Source: an uncultured Bacillota bacterium
Lineage (GTDB): Bacteria; Bacillota; DTU025; MWDF01
Length of the DNA: 64,000 bases
NCBI GenBank assembly: GCA_963823655.1
Contig: CAWGMK010000005.1
Span: 25,439 to 89,438, forward strand
Reading direction: 5' to 3'
Shown piece by piece: positions 9,729 through 19,585 of the stretch. Every line of letters starts with the position of its first letter. Positions within the stretch are counted from its first letter, which is position 1. A program made the translations under genes and the position numbers. A model generated the notes under the pieces. That model did not search any database and was not told the DNA's origin. It worked only from the letters and a program-made list of their open reading frames with translations.

Positions 9729-11234
9729 GTGCAGTTGCCGGAGGGAGCTGGGATTTTGGGCGATTTGATATTCATGGGGATAGACGTCGGCACAAGCGGA
9801 GCACGAGCAGTGCTTGTGGACGAAGAGGGTAGGATGCTCCACGAGGCATCGCTCGGCTTCAGCCTGCAAAATTCGCTCGTCGGCGGGGAGCCGGGCTGGT
9901 TCCAGCAGTCCCCGCAGATGTGGTGGGAGAGCCTTGTAAGCTGCATTTCGGATTGCGTGCTCCACCTAAAGGCGAAGGGCATCGCGGCCGACAGGATCAA
10001 ATGCGTATCGGTTACGTCCACCTCAGGCACAGTCATACCTCTTGATGGCGACTTTAAACCCCTGCACGATGCCGTAATGTACAACGACAGCCGCTCGGCG
10101 AAACAGGCGCAGGCCGCAAACGTTGAGCTGGGCTCCCTTACAAAAAGGCTCGGCTATAAGTTCGACGCCTCCTTCGGGCTATCGAAGATGCTGTGGTTCA
10201 AGGATGAGCTCCCGGGCGTCTTCGAGAGGACAAAAATGTTCGTCCATGCGGGCGATTACATAATCGGCAAGCTGTGCGGTATTTACGGCGTGACGGACTA
10301 CACGAATTCCCTCAAAAGCGGGTATGACCTGGAGAATCTCAAGTGGCCTGAGGAAATGGCAGGCCGCCTGGGAGTGGGCGCGGACAAGCTTCCCGAGGTG
10401 CTCCCTCCTGGGACCCCGATCGGGCATATAAGCCCAGAGTGCTCGGCTGCGACCGGGCTTTCGGTATCGACCGCAGTCGCATTGGGCATGACGGACGGTT
10501 GTACTTCCCAGATTGCATCGGGCGCCGCCTCATTGCAGCAATGGAACACCACGATCGGCACGACGCTTGTCATTAAAGGCGTGACCGAGAAGCTGATATT
10601 GGACCCTCAAGGGCGCATATACAGCCACAGGCATCCCGAAGGATATTGGATGCCGGGCGGCGCGAGCAATGTCGGCGGCGACTGCCTGAAGAACAACTTC
10701 AAGCCGGAGTCTTTCGATGAGCTGAACGCCAAGATCAAGGGGCGTGGCCCTTCCGGCATGATCGTATATCCTCTTGAGCGCAAGGGGGAGCGCTTCCCTC
10801 TGCGCAATGCGGACGCGACCGGCTTTAGAAAGGGCGAGCCTGCGGATGAGGCAGAACTTTATCAGGCCTATCTTGAGGGCGTAGGTTATGTTGAAAGGCT
10901 CGCCTACGATGTGCTTGAGGAGCTGGGGGCGGTTATTGGAGGCAGCATCTATTCAGCGGGCGGCGCTACAAAGAGCAAGGAATGGCTCAGGATCAGGGCC
11001 AACATAATGGGAAAAGAGATGCTTGTGCCAGAGGTCCCGGGAGGGCACATGGGGGCAGCGATACTTGCGGCCTCGAAGTCGTACTGGGGCTCGCTTGAGA
11101 CCGCGGCGAAGAATATGGTGCGGATAAAGGAATCCTTCATGCCGGATGCGCGCCAAACATCCCTTTACAAGGAGAAATACCTGGAATTCATACATGAAAT
11201 GACCGTCAGGGGATACATCGGAGGCGTTTTGTAG
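9729..11234 (+). CDS. FGGY family carbohydrate kinase
   Basis: GIDVGTSG, MYNDSR, TDG, IGTT, GERFP, EG, GG..K; the true start may be slightly downstream (TTG 9756). Confidence 0.9.
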   Translation: MQLPEGAGILGDLIFMGIDVGTSGARAVLVDEEGRMLHEASLGFSLQNSLVGGEPGWFQQSPQMWWESLVSCISDCVLHLKAKGIAADRIKCVSVTSTSGTVIPLDGDFKPLHDAVMYNDSRSAKQAQAANVELGSLTKRLGYKFDASFGLSKMLWFKDELPGVFERTKMFVHAGDYIIGKLCGIYGVTDYTNSLKSGYDLENLKWPEEMAGRLGVGADKLPEVLPPGTPIGHISPECSAATGLSVSTAVALGMTDGCTSQIASGAASLQQWNTTIGTTLVIKGVTEKLILDPQGRIYSHRHPEGYWMPGGASNVGGDCLKNNFKPESFDELNAKIKGRGPSGMIVYPLERKGERFPLRNADATGFRKGEPADEAELYQAYLEGVGYVERLAYDVLEELGAVIGGSIYSAGGATKSKEWLRIRANIMGKEMLVPEVPGGHMGAAILAASKSYWGSLETAAKNMVRIKESFMPDARQTSLYKEKYLEFIHEMTVRGYIGGVL

Positions 11235-11236
11235 CC

Positions 11237-12641
11237 ATGAGCATATACAAGGCATGTGACATCAGAGGCGTATATCCGACGCATCTTGATGAGGACCTCT
11301 CAAGGAAGATCGGCTCGGCGCTGGGCACGATGCTGGAATCCAGTCCGGTGCTGGTTGCTGGCGACGTTAGAACGAGCACCCGGTCATTGAAGGACGCGCT
11401 AATCGAAGGCCTCAGAGGGGCGGGCTGCGACGTAACTGATGTCGGCATAGTCCCGACTCCAGTCTTCTATTACGCGGTCCAGAAGCTGGGCATCCCTTCA
11501 GGAGTAACCGTCACTGCCTCGCACAACCCGGCCAAGTACAACGGCTTCAAGATTGCGCCCTTCGGGCAGCCCATAACCCTGGAGCTCATGGATGTACTCA
11601 AAAACACCGTGGAGTCAGGCAAATTCATCACCGGCAAACATGGCTCTCTAAATAAGAGGGAAGTCATTGAGGATTATAAGAGGTTCGTCGCCGAGAAGAT
11701 CGGCTGCATGTTCAAGGAAAGCGGCCCAAAACAGGCGGGCAAGGCGAAGCCACTGAAGCTGGTCGTAGACTGTGGAAACGGATGCTACAGCGCAATCGCC
11801 CCCGGGGTCCTAAGGGATGCGGGGTTTGAGGTTGAGGAGCTCTTCTGCGAGGAGGACGGATCCTTCCCGAACAGGGAGCCCAACCCTGCGGTCGCTGCAA
11901 ACCTTACGGCGCTTACAGAAGCGGTAGTGGAGAAGGGTGCGGACCTTGGGATCGCCTTCGACGGCGACGGCGACAGGGTCGTCTTCGCGGACGAGACAGG
12001 GGAGATAGTCCCGAGCGACAATGTCAATAGCCCTCTTCGCCCGCCATCTGCTTTCCATCTACCCCGGCTCCAAGGTCGTCTTCGACATCAAGTGCTCTAG
12101 CATTGTGCCCGATACGGTCAGGGCAGCCGGCGGCATCCCTGTGATGGAGAAGTCGGGGCATGCCTACATCAAGTCGAACCTGCTGAGAAACGGCGCAGTA
12201 TTCGCTGGCGAGATCAGCGGGCACTTCTTCTTCGACGCCCTGAAAGGCGACGACGGCCTGTTCGCATCGCTATTGATGGCGAGGATGCTTCAGGAGGGCG
12301 GAAAGTCGCTTAAGCAGCTAATCGACGCCCAGCCGAAATACTTCATCACCAAGGACCTTAGGATACCTTACGCGGAAGATCCTGCGGAGCTGCTTGATGA
12401 GATAAAGAGGAATTTGGCAGGGCAAAAGGGCTGTGAACTAGTCTTCCTGGATGGGATTAGGGCAGAATATGAGGCGGGTTGGGGACTGATAAGATCGTCT
12501 GTAACCGAGCCTCTTGTGACTTTGAGGTTCGAGGGCAGAACTCTGGCAGGCCTGTATGAAGTGAGGGATAAATTCCTTTCGTCCTCCACAAGGCTCAAGG
12601 GGCTTGTTGAAGCTGTGTGGGATAAGTATTCACCGAAATAG
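11237..12641 (+). CDS. Phosphomannomutase/phosphoglucomutase family protein; frameshift at ~12020
   Basis: DIRG, TASHNP, FDGDGDR in the first frame; GEISGH and RSSVTEP in the second frame. Confidence 0.88.
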
Positions 12642-12688
12642 GAAGCAGTAAACTCGGGATGTATGGCAGGGCTTAGGACTCAGATAGT

Positions 12689-13375
12689 CTATATTTGAGA
12701 GAAGCCCTTCATATATTCCTCATATTTAATGGCATCTACCTGAACCCTCCTGTTAATGCTCCTTATGAAGCCTTCGCTCATCAGCTCGTTCATCAGCTTG
12801 CTGATTGTGACCCGCGCGGCTCCTACGATTACGCCCAGCTCATAGTGCGTATATTTGACCTTGAGGCTGTACCAGCCAGGATCGGTCAAATCTTCCTTGT
12901 CCACGGACGAGCATAAAAGACGGACAATCCTGTCCTTGCAGGAGTTGAAAGTTAGGTTCTCGATTTCGTATCTGGTGATCAGCAGCTTCTGCGCAAGGCA
13001 CCTTATGAAGGCGTCCCTGAAATGGGGATTTTCATCTATGAGTATCCTGCACTTCTCGGGAGGAATCCTATAGAGCACAGTGTCGACTTCAGCCTGTGAA
13101 TAAAGTCCCGTCTTCTTGCCCAAATAGAAGCCCATTTCGCCGAAAAGCCAGCCGGGGGTGAGAGTATATAGGACTTTCTCCAGCCCATCCTCGTTTGCCA
13201 TGTAGTGCTTCGTCCTTCCGGACTTGATGTAAAGTACTCCGCCGAAATCATTGCCGGGCACAGAAAAAATCGTCTTCGCGGGGTAGGAGACCTTTACAGC
13301 ATTGCGCTCGATGAGAAGCTCAAGCTCCTCACTATGATGATGAGGCAACGTAAGATAAGAGTTCTCAAGGCCCAT
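12689..13375 (-). CDS. Crp/Fnr family transcriptional regulator
   Basis: cNMP-like domain (YIKSG, PGWLFGE) and C-terminal HTH THYELGVIVGAARVTISK; divergent from the DapA operon; RBS favours ATG 13375. Confidence 0.88.
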   Translation of the reverse strand: MGLENSYLTLPHHHSEELELLIERNAVKVSYPAKTIFSVPGNDFGGVLYIKSGRTKHYMANEDGLEKVLYTLTPGWLFGEMGFYLGKKTGLYSQAEVDTVLYRIPPEKCRILIDENPHFRDAFIRCLAQKLLITRYEIENLTFNSCKDRIVRLLCSSVDKEDLTDPGWYSLKVKYTHYELGVIVGAARVTISKLMNELMSEGFIRSINRRVQVDAIKYEEYMKGFSQI

Positions 13376-13548
13376 CCTCAACCCCCCCTCCCTCATGTAT
13401 TCATCTTATGTTTTATCAGCCGCCTTTTCAAACCGGCCGCAGTACTTCAAATATATATTTCTGCAAGCGGTAGCAGAAAATCCTGCCCGCCTAAAGAAAT
13501 CTTGTGATAACGCCAGTAATACATCGTTTTGGCTGCTCGCGGCGAACG

Positions 13549-13568
13549 ATTGTAGCATTTTATACAAT
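13549..13568. promoter_or_regulatory. Probable Crp/Fnr-family operator ATTGTA-N8-TACAAT
   Basis: Perfect inverted repeat with GTA-N8-TAC core (NtcA-type spacing), located between the divergent Crp/Fnr and DapA-family genes. Confidence 0.6.
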
Positions 13569-13648
13569 AAGTAAACTTATACAGACACGAATCGCCTCTT
13601 ATCCTATATTGAAGCTGTGACAGTAGAATACTTTCTGACTTAGGAGGG

Positions 13649-14569
13649 ATGAACTTGATCAAACCTACCGGATCCTGGGTAGCCATGCCCACGCCCTTCA
13701 ACAAAGACGAGTCAGTGGACTTCAAGGGCTTCAAAGTACTAATAGACAGGCAGATACAATACGGCACATCCTTGCTTTTCATGCTCGGCTCCTGCGGCGA
13801 GACTACCCTGCTTACACTAGATGAGAAGAAGCAAATCGTCAAACAGGTTGTGGCGATGACCAAGGGTCGCATACCGGTCTTCTTCAACGCATCTGCGGCC
13901 ACAACTGCGCAAAGCGTGGATTTTGCCAGGTTCTGCGAGGCGGAATCTGCGGACGGGGTAATCTTCACCGTCCCTCCCTATGTGCTCATACCCCAGAATG
14001 CAGTCCTTGAGCATCTGAATACATGTATGAGCGCCACGAAACTGCCCTGCGGGATATACAACAATCCCTCAAGGGTGGGCGTGCACATCGAACCCGAAAC
14101 AATTGCGAAGCTCTCGGAGGACAATCCCAACTTCATAGTCGACAAGGAGGCTATGCCCAGCGTAAAGCAGCTTGTGGAAGTAAAGAGGAAATGCGGCGAC
14201 AAAATCAATATTCTCTGCTGCGACTTCCCCCAGTATTCCATAGTGCTGCCGACGCTTGCAGTAGGAGGCAACGGGACGGCCAACATCGGAGGAAACGTAA
14301 TACCTGAGGAGATGGCGACGATTTCAAGGCCCTGGGACAGCATAGACAAGATGTTCACGGCCCGTGAGTTGTACTTCAAGTACTTCCCGGTCCTTCAGGG
14401 GCTTTACATGTTTTCGAATCCCATCGTGGTTAAAGCTGCAATGAAGATCCTGGGACTTCCGGGCGGGCCTCTGAGGAAGCCTTACCTGGACCTGACCGGG
14501 CAGAAGTTCGACGAGTTTGCGGCCTTACTAAAAGAGATGGGAATAATCGAGAAGTACGGCGTTAAGTAG
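13649..14569 (+). CDS. DapA/DHDPS-family class I aldolase or dehydratase
   Basis: TPF, GSCGE (instead of GTTGE), PPY, IYNNPSR, catalytic K in DKEA, NPIVVKAA. Confidence 0.85.
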   Translation: MNLIKPTGSWVAMPTPFNKDESVDFKGFKVLIDRQIQYGTSLLFMLGSCGETTLLTLDEKKQIVKQVVAMTKGRIPVFFNASAATTAQSVDFARFCEAESADGVIFTVPPYVLIPQNAVLEHLNTCMSATKLPCGIYNNPSRVGVHIEPETIAKLSEDNPNFIVDKEAMPSVKQLVEVKRKCGDKINILCCDFPQYSIVLPTLAVGGNGTANIGGNVIPEEMATISRPWDSIDKMFTARELYFKYFPVLQGLYMFSNPIVVKAAMKILGLPGGPLRKPYLDLTGQKFDEFAALLKEMGIIEKYGVK

Positions 14570-14732
14570 GCGAGGCCGAAGGCTTTAGAGCAAGCGCCTG
14601 TGCCAATGAACGGTTGTTTAAGTAAACATCGGAAATAGGGAACATAAAGCGATATGGATACTACAGAGTAATCACTGGGAGATATGGAAGCCCAATAGAG
14701 CAGAAGACAAATATGAAGGAGGAAAACCGGAA

Positions 14733-15706
14733 ATGAAGAAGACAGCCATGCGTTTCCTGATTGCAAGCGCGCTAGTATTCCTCATGATGTTCTCCGCCAT
14801 AGCTGCGGCCCCCAAGTTCCTGACAGTATCGACCGGGCCGGTCGGCGGCGAATGGTACATCCTCGGCGGCATTCTCTCCGAGCTTCTCAAACCCGTATTG
14901 CCTGATACGAAGATTACGGCGACTACCGGCGGCGGCGTTGCCAACCTGAGCACGGTTGCGTCCGGCAAGAGCGATATAGGCACCACTCAGGACCAGCTGC
15001 TCTTTGATGCGAGGAATGGCACGACGGACTTCACAACCGGCAAGCTCACAAACGTTGTGGCCCTAGGATACCTTGCTGACATCTATATGAGCGTGTTCCT
15101 CGTTCGCGAGGATTACGACATAGCTTCCCTTGATGACCTCGCCGCTAAAAAAATGGGCATCAAGATTTTGACAGCGCCTACAGGTTCAACCCCCTCCAGA
15201 GCGGCTACGAGAATGCTTAGCGAATATGGCGTAACTCCCGACCTTCTCAAGTCATGGGGAGGAAGCATCAGCTACGTCGCATACGCGGACGCAAGCTCGA
15301 TGATCAGGGATGGCCATGCCGACGCCTACTGCGGACCTATAATGCCGGCAATCATAGAGCTGACGGTATCGCGCAAGATGAAGATGCTACCGGTAAAAGA
15401 TGTAGTACTCAAGGCGATGACTGCCAAGTATGCATACGGCCGCGCCACGATACCGGCCGGCGCCTACGATTTTGTTAAGTCCAATACCCCCGTCATGACC
15501 GAATCGCCATTCTTATCGTCAGGGATGACGTTGATGAGCAGACTGTATATGCGATAACCAAGGCAATTGCAGAGAATCCGGACAAGATCAAAGGCGCCGG
15601 TGCGACGTACGCAAAGTTCGACCCTAAGATGATGCCAAACATCTCCGGCGGCCCGATACATCCGGGCGCCCTCAAGTATTACAAGGAAGTAGGCTGGGTA
15701 AAATAA
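14733..15706 (+). CDS. TAXI family TRAP transporter solute-binding protein; frameshift at ~15508
   Basis: Signal peptide, TGPVGGEWY, TGGGVANL; adding one C restores ILIVRDDVDEQTVYAITKA...PIHPGALKYYKE, with stop at 15704-15706. Confidence 0.88.
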
Positions 15707-15723
15707 GCTAACAGTCGATGGGC

Positions 15724-15751
15724 CGGGGGGTTGGCTAATTCCAGCCCCCCG
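15724..15751 (+). terminator. Stem-loop after the SBP gene (mRNA stabiliser or partial terminator)
   Basis: CGGGGGGTTGG-CTAATT-CCAGCCCCCCG, no long U tract. Confidence 0.5.
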
Positions 15752-15775
15752 ACAGTAATTTGGGGGTAATCAGCC

Positions 15776-17644
15776 ATGAAGGATAACAAGATACTAAAGT
15801 ACATCCTGGCGGTTCTTTCAGTGGCCTATGTAAGTTTCCACATGTACACTGCCGTCTACGGGACATATATCCCTCAGCTGCAAAGGCCATTGCACCTGGC
15901 ATTCGCAGTTGTCATCGGCTTCCTGGCTTACCCCATGATACAAAAGAGGGATTTTAAATGGCTTGATACCATATTCGCGGCCATTTCCCTGGGCGCATTC
16001 GGCTACATAGCCTACAAGTCCCAGGAGATATCGCTTAGGCAGACGATGGTTAGCCCACTGTCGACCCTCGATCTCATAGTTGGTGCAGTAATCATCGTGC
16101 TGCTTCTGGAGCTCACAAGAAGAGCTGTGGGATGGATAATGAGCCTTGTGGCCGTAATATTTCTGATATATGCCTACGTAGGCCCTTACCTTCCGGATTT
16201 GATATCACACAGAGGTTTTACGATAATCGACATAATCGATTACCAGGTCTTCGGGCTTGACGGTATCTATTCAATTCCACTTAGCATATCCGCGACCTAT
16301 ATTGTGCTGTTCATAATCCTGGGCACCCTCATGGAATTTTCTGGTGCGGGCGATGTGATCATGGACATAGGCAAGAGGGTGGCAGGAGGGTTCCGTGGGG
16401 GCCCCGCCAAAGTGGCCACGATTTCGTCAGCGCTCTTCGGTTCGATATCGGGAAGTGCTGCGGCTAATGTCTACGCGACGGGCACCTTCACCATACCGAT
16501 GATGAAGAAGATCGGCTACAGCCCGGCCTTCTCGGGAGCAGTCGAGGCAGTTGCATCTACGGGCGGTCAGATCATGCCACCTGTGATGGGCGCTGCCGCA
16601 TTCCTGATGGCAGAACTGCTCGGTATGCCATACATTGAAATCTGCAAAGTAGCGCTCATCCCGGCGCTCCTGTACTATATTTCCTTGTTTATAGTCCTGG
16701 ATTTTGAAGCTGCCAGGATCGGCATCAAGGGGCTAGACCGAAAGGAGCTTCCCAAGTGGAAAGACATACTTCCTAGGCTCTACCTTATGCTGCCCCTGGT
16801 AGTGCTGGTAGTAATCCTGATGCAGGGCTACACCCCCTTCAGGTCTGCTTACTATGCCATAGTCCTCACATTCGTACTGAGCTTCTTCAGCAAGAAGACA
16901 AGGTTTACTCTTGCAACTTTCCTTGACGCTATAGTTATCTCGGCGAAGAGGACGGTTATGATCGCTGCGGCATGCGGCGCCGCAGGCATAGTAATAGGCG
17001 TAATCACGCTTACCGGTGTAGGCCTTTCGCTATCGAGCGTCATTATTTCGCTCTCAGGCGGCGTGAAGATCCTCGCCCTGATAATGGTAATGATATCGGC
17101 GATAATCATGGGGATGGGGACTCCGACTACGGTGGCATATATAGTAGTATCGACGCTTGCTGTGCCTATAATGAAGGATCTTGGCTATGCGGCATTGCCG
17201 TCGCACCTTTTCGTGTTCTATTTCGCAGTATTATCAATGATTACGCCGCCGGTGGCGCTTGCGGCATATGCTGCCGCAGACATCGCGAAGGAAAGCTCAA
17301 TGAAGATAGGCTTCACCGCGATGCGTATAGGAGCCATTGTATTTACCATCCCGTTTATATTCCTGTTTGATCCGCCGTTGCTCATGCAGGGCAGTTGGTG
17401 GATGATAGCATTCAGGTTCATCATGACGGTGTTCTCGGCTATTGCCTTCGCAGGTGCGGCAACGGGCTGGTTCGGAAGAAACATCAACATGATAGGCAGA
17501 ATAATCCTGCTTGGTGTTTTCGGATTGATAATCGCACCTGAGCTCGTAACTACATTCATAGGATTGGGAATGCTGGTGGGAATGTGGTTTCTTAAGGACG
17601 TATTCGCGTCAAAAAGAGTTGAAATCGCCCATAAAGCCAGCTAA
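15776..17644 (+). CDS. TRAP transporter fused 4TM/12TM permease (TAXI type)
   Basis: GGPAKVA, GSISGSAAANV..TGTFTIPMMK, ASTGGQIMPPVMGAAAF, ITPPVA. Confidence 0.93.
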   Translation: MKDNKILKYILAVLSVAYVSFHMYTAVYGTYIPQLQRPLHLAFAVVIGFLAYPMIQKRDFKWLDTIFAAISLGAFGYIAYKSQEISLRQTMVSPLSTLDLIVGAVIIVLLLELTRRAVGWIMSLVAVIFLIYAYVGPYLPDLISHRGFTIIDIIDYQVFGLDGIYSIPLSISATYIVLFIILGTLMEFSGAGDVIMDIGKRVAGGFRGGPAKVATISSALFGSISGSAAANVYATGTFTIPMMKKIGYSPAFSGAVEAVASTGGQIMPPVMGAAAFLMAELLGMPYIEICKVALIPALLYYISLFIVLDFEAARIGIKGLDRKELPKWKDILPRLYLMLPLVVLVVILMQGYTPFRSAYYAIVLTFVLSFFSKKTRFTLATFLDAIVISAKRTVMIAAACGAAGIVIGVITLTGVGLSLSSVIISLSGGVKILALIMVMISAIIMGMGTPTTVAYIVVSTLAVPIMKDLGYAALPSHLFVFYFAVLSMITPPVALAAYAAADIAKESSMKIGFTAMRIGAIVFTIPFIFLFDPPLLMQGSWWMIAFRFIMTVFSAIAFAGAATGWFGRNINMIGRIILLGVFGLIIAPELVTTFIGLGMLVGMWFLKDVFASKRVEIAHKAS

Positions 17645-17662
17645 CATACCGAATGCGGAGGA

Positions 17663-18055
17663 TTGGAAATGTCGCAGCTTAGAAAACTGATAGGAGCTAT
17701 ACCGGCGGTGCTTCATCTTGAAGAGCATACTGACCTCTTCGAGGAACTGAGGAAGTTCCTTAAGGAAGGTGGCTGGGATGAGGTAGTTATAATGGGCTGC
17801 GCCGGATCACTTGAGAGGGCTGTCGCCAACTACCCCAGGGATATGACTTTGCCGCCCATTGTGGATCATGTGGTAATGGAGGGGGCATATGAAGTGTGCA
17901 CCCTTAACGGCAATGTCACATGGCAGGAAGACCAACCCAAGGTACATATTCACGGCTCCTTCGCAGAGAAGGGGACCAGGGTGTACGGCGGCGCGATAGG
18001 CGACGGGACCAGGATATTCAAATCGGCGGACCTGTTCGTGCTCTGCCACAAGTAG
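17663..18055 (+). CDS. PPC/DUF296 domain protein
   Basis: GCAGSL, YEVCTLNGNV, VHIHGS, VYGG. Confidence 0.75.
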   Translation: MEMSQLRKLIGAIPAVLHLEEHTDLFEELRKFLKEGGWDEVVIMGCAGSLERAVANYPRDMTLPPIVDHVVMEGAYEVCTLNGNVTWQEDQPKVHIHGSFAEKGTRVYGGAIGDGTRIFKSADLFVLCHK

Positions 18056-18107
18056 AAGTCATCGGGCGATTGCCCCTGGGTTAATAAGGATAAGGCGCTT
18101 CATCATA

Positions 18108-18136
18108 AAGGGCCGCAGTGAGTTGCTGCGGCTCTT
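18108..18136 (+). terminator. Probable intrinsic terminator
   Basis: AAGGGCCGCAGT...GCTGCGGCTCTT hairpin after the operon. Confidence 0.55.
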
Positions 18137-18371
18137 ATCTATCCCATTCGGCACCAGGGCAATAATTCACAAGAATTTCCGCATGCTCCGTGGATTGGAT
18201 TTTGCCGCAATCTAGAATTGATTAACTTCAAGCTTGACGAACGTGCAGGGCATGTTAAGAGCGGGAGCTGATGGATATCATAAGCCCTCCGTGAGCACTA
18301 TCGCCCATGGGAGCTCAAACAACAGTTCTAGCAGCCGAAAGAATGAGTCGATCGGACATCAGATACAATCT

Positions 18372-19034
18372 CTATAAACGTAGATACTGGCCTCCTGAGA
18401 ATTGAACTTCAATGCTTCTGAATAGAATTGAACGATCCGTCATGTTCTGATAACACCAGACATTGGGGCAAAACATGTCAAAATCATATCCAGTTATAGC
18501 AAAACCGTCGCCAATGCTAATACCGTTGATTTTGAAAGATAGCCAGCTGCCGGCCTTGATGATTTGTACTTCATTCAGGCCTGTTTCATCAAGAATTCCG
18601 TCATATGATATTTCGAAGTCCGGATACGTAAGGTCTCCTCCGGGATTATAGTATATTGAATATACAGCGGAGGGGGTCCCCATGCTCCAGAAAGCGATCC
18701 CTCCATACCAATCGGCGCCTGACCATCCAGCTTTGGAGGAAAGGAATATTTCTAGAGTCTCTGTAGTACTGTCGACAACATCAAGCGAGAATTTCCAAGT
18801 CACTGTGAAATCACCATCATAGAAATGCGGGGCTGCTGCCCAACACTCGCTGCTTAGAAGGCCAGCGCTGCCAAACTCATAATTACTGTTTTGCGTCTCC
18901 CAAGTCCCATCACCCCTTGCGAAGTCATCCTCGGTTCTGAAGTTGAAGAAGTATCCATTATTAATGCATCCTGATGCGAATGCGAGCACTGATATCAGGA
19001 TTATTAGAATGACGAACTTCATTGTCTTCATCAA
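18372..19034 (-). CDS. Hypothetical lipoprotein, beta-rich (paralog of 41173-41854)
   Basis: Basic N-terminus, hydrophobic core, ASGC lipobox; GGAGGT RBS; shares YxFNF, AP....GDFTVT and IxKxG......NG with its paralog. Confidence 0.7.
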   Translation of the reverse strand: MMKTMKFVILIILISVLAFASGCINNGYFFNFRTEDDFARGDGTWETQNSNYEFGSAGLLSSECWAAAPHFYDGDFTVTWKFSLDVVDSTTETLEIFLSSKAGWSGADWYGGIAFWSMGTPSAVYSIYYNPGGDLTYPDFEISYDGILDETGLNEVQIIKAGSWLSFKINGISIGDGFAITGYDFDMFCPNVWCYQNMTDRSILFRSIEVQFSGGQYLRL

Positions 19035-19191
19035 TAATCACCTCCGGATCAGAATTCGCTTCATATACAAATAATCCTTTATTGGAATAATTCGATGTAC
19101 AAATTAAAACCCTTTAACTACTGGTGAACAAAGATGGCAAAGGGTACCAATATCGCCAGAATCCAGAATTTTGTACGATTTCGAAATTCCC

Positions 19192-19222
19192 TTGACAGAT
19201 CATTGAATCGGCAGCTTATAAT
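19192..19222 (+). promoter_or_regulatory. Possible sigma70 promoter TTGACA-N19-TATAAT
   Basis: Both hexamers match consensus, but the spacer is 19 nt. Confidence 0.35.
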
Positions 19223-19585
19223 AATGGCGTCAACCGATGCCCGACCCTCAGGGCAGCACCAGTGTTCAATAAATACCAGGATGGCTGTGTCATCCAATAC
19301 CCACGCTGCCGCAAGCGCTACCTGTTTTATTAATCCGGCAAAGGCCGCTGTTTACTAACTTTTACTAGGGGGTGTTTACTATCATTAGCGCCGGAATTTA
19401 CACTTACGGGCCATTTCGCGCCCGGGAATGCCAACTCACAGAAAACAATCGTGGAATATCTCCGAACAATGCATCTTTTAGTACAGGTGCCACTTTGTCA
19501 TGCAGTCAGCATGCCGGTCGCCCTGAAGCAGAAGGGGCCTCTCGTTTAAGCATGCAGACATGCGCTTATTTGTGGTGCCAAGACG

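Noticed and set aside
13649-14569. Lysine-biosynthetic dapA
   Set aside because: GSCGE variant, transporter context, and no dapB or asd nearby; gene symbol withheld.
14620-14725. Repeated GATATGGA/GGA motifs as CsrA sites or a small repeat array
   Set aside because: Only two or three short, irregular copies; compatible with chance in a purine-rich leader.
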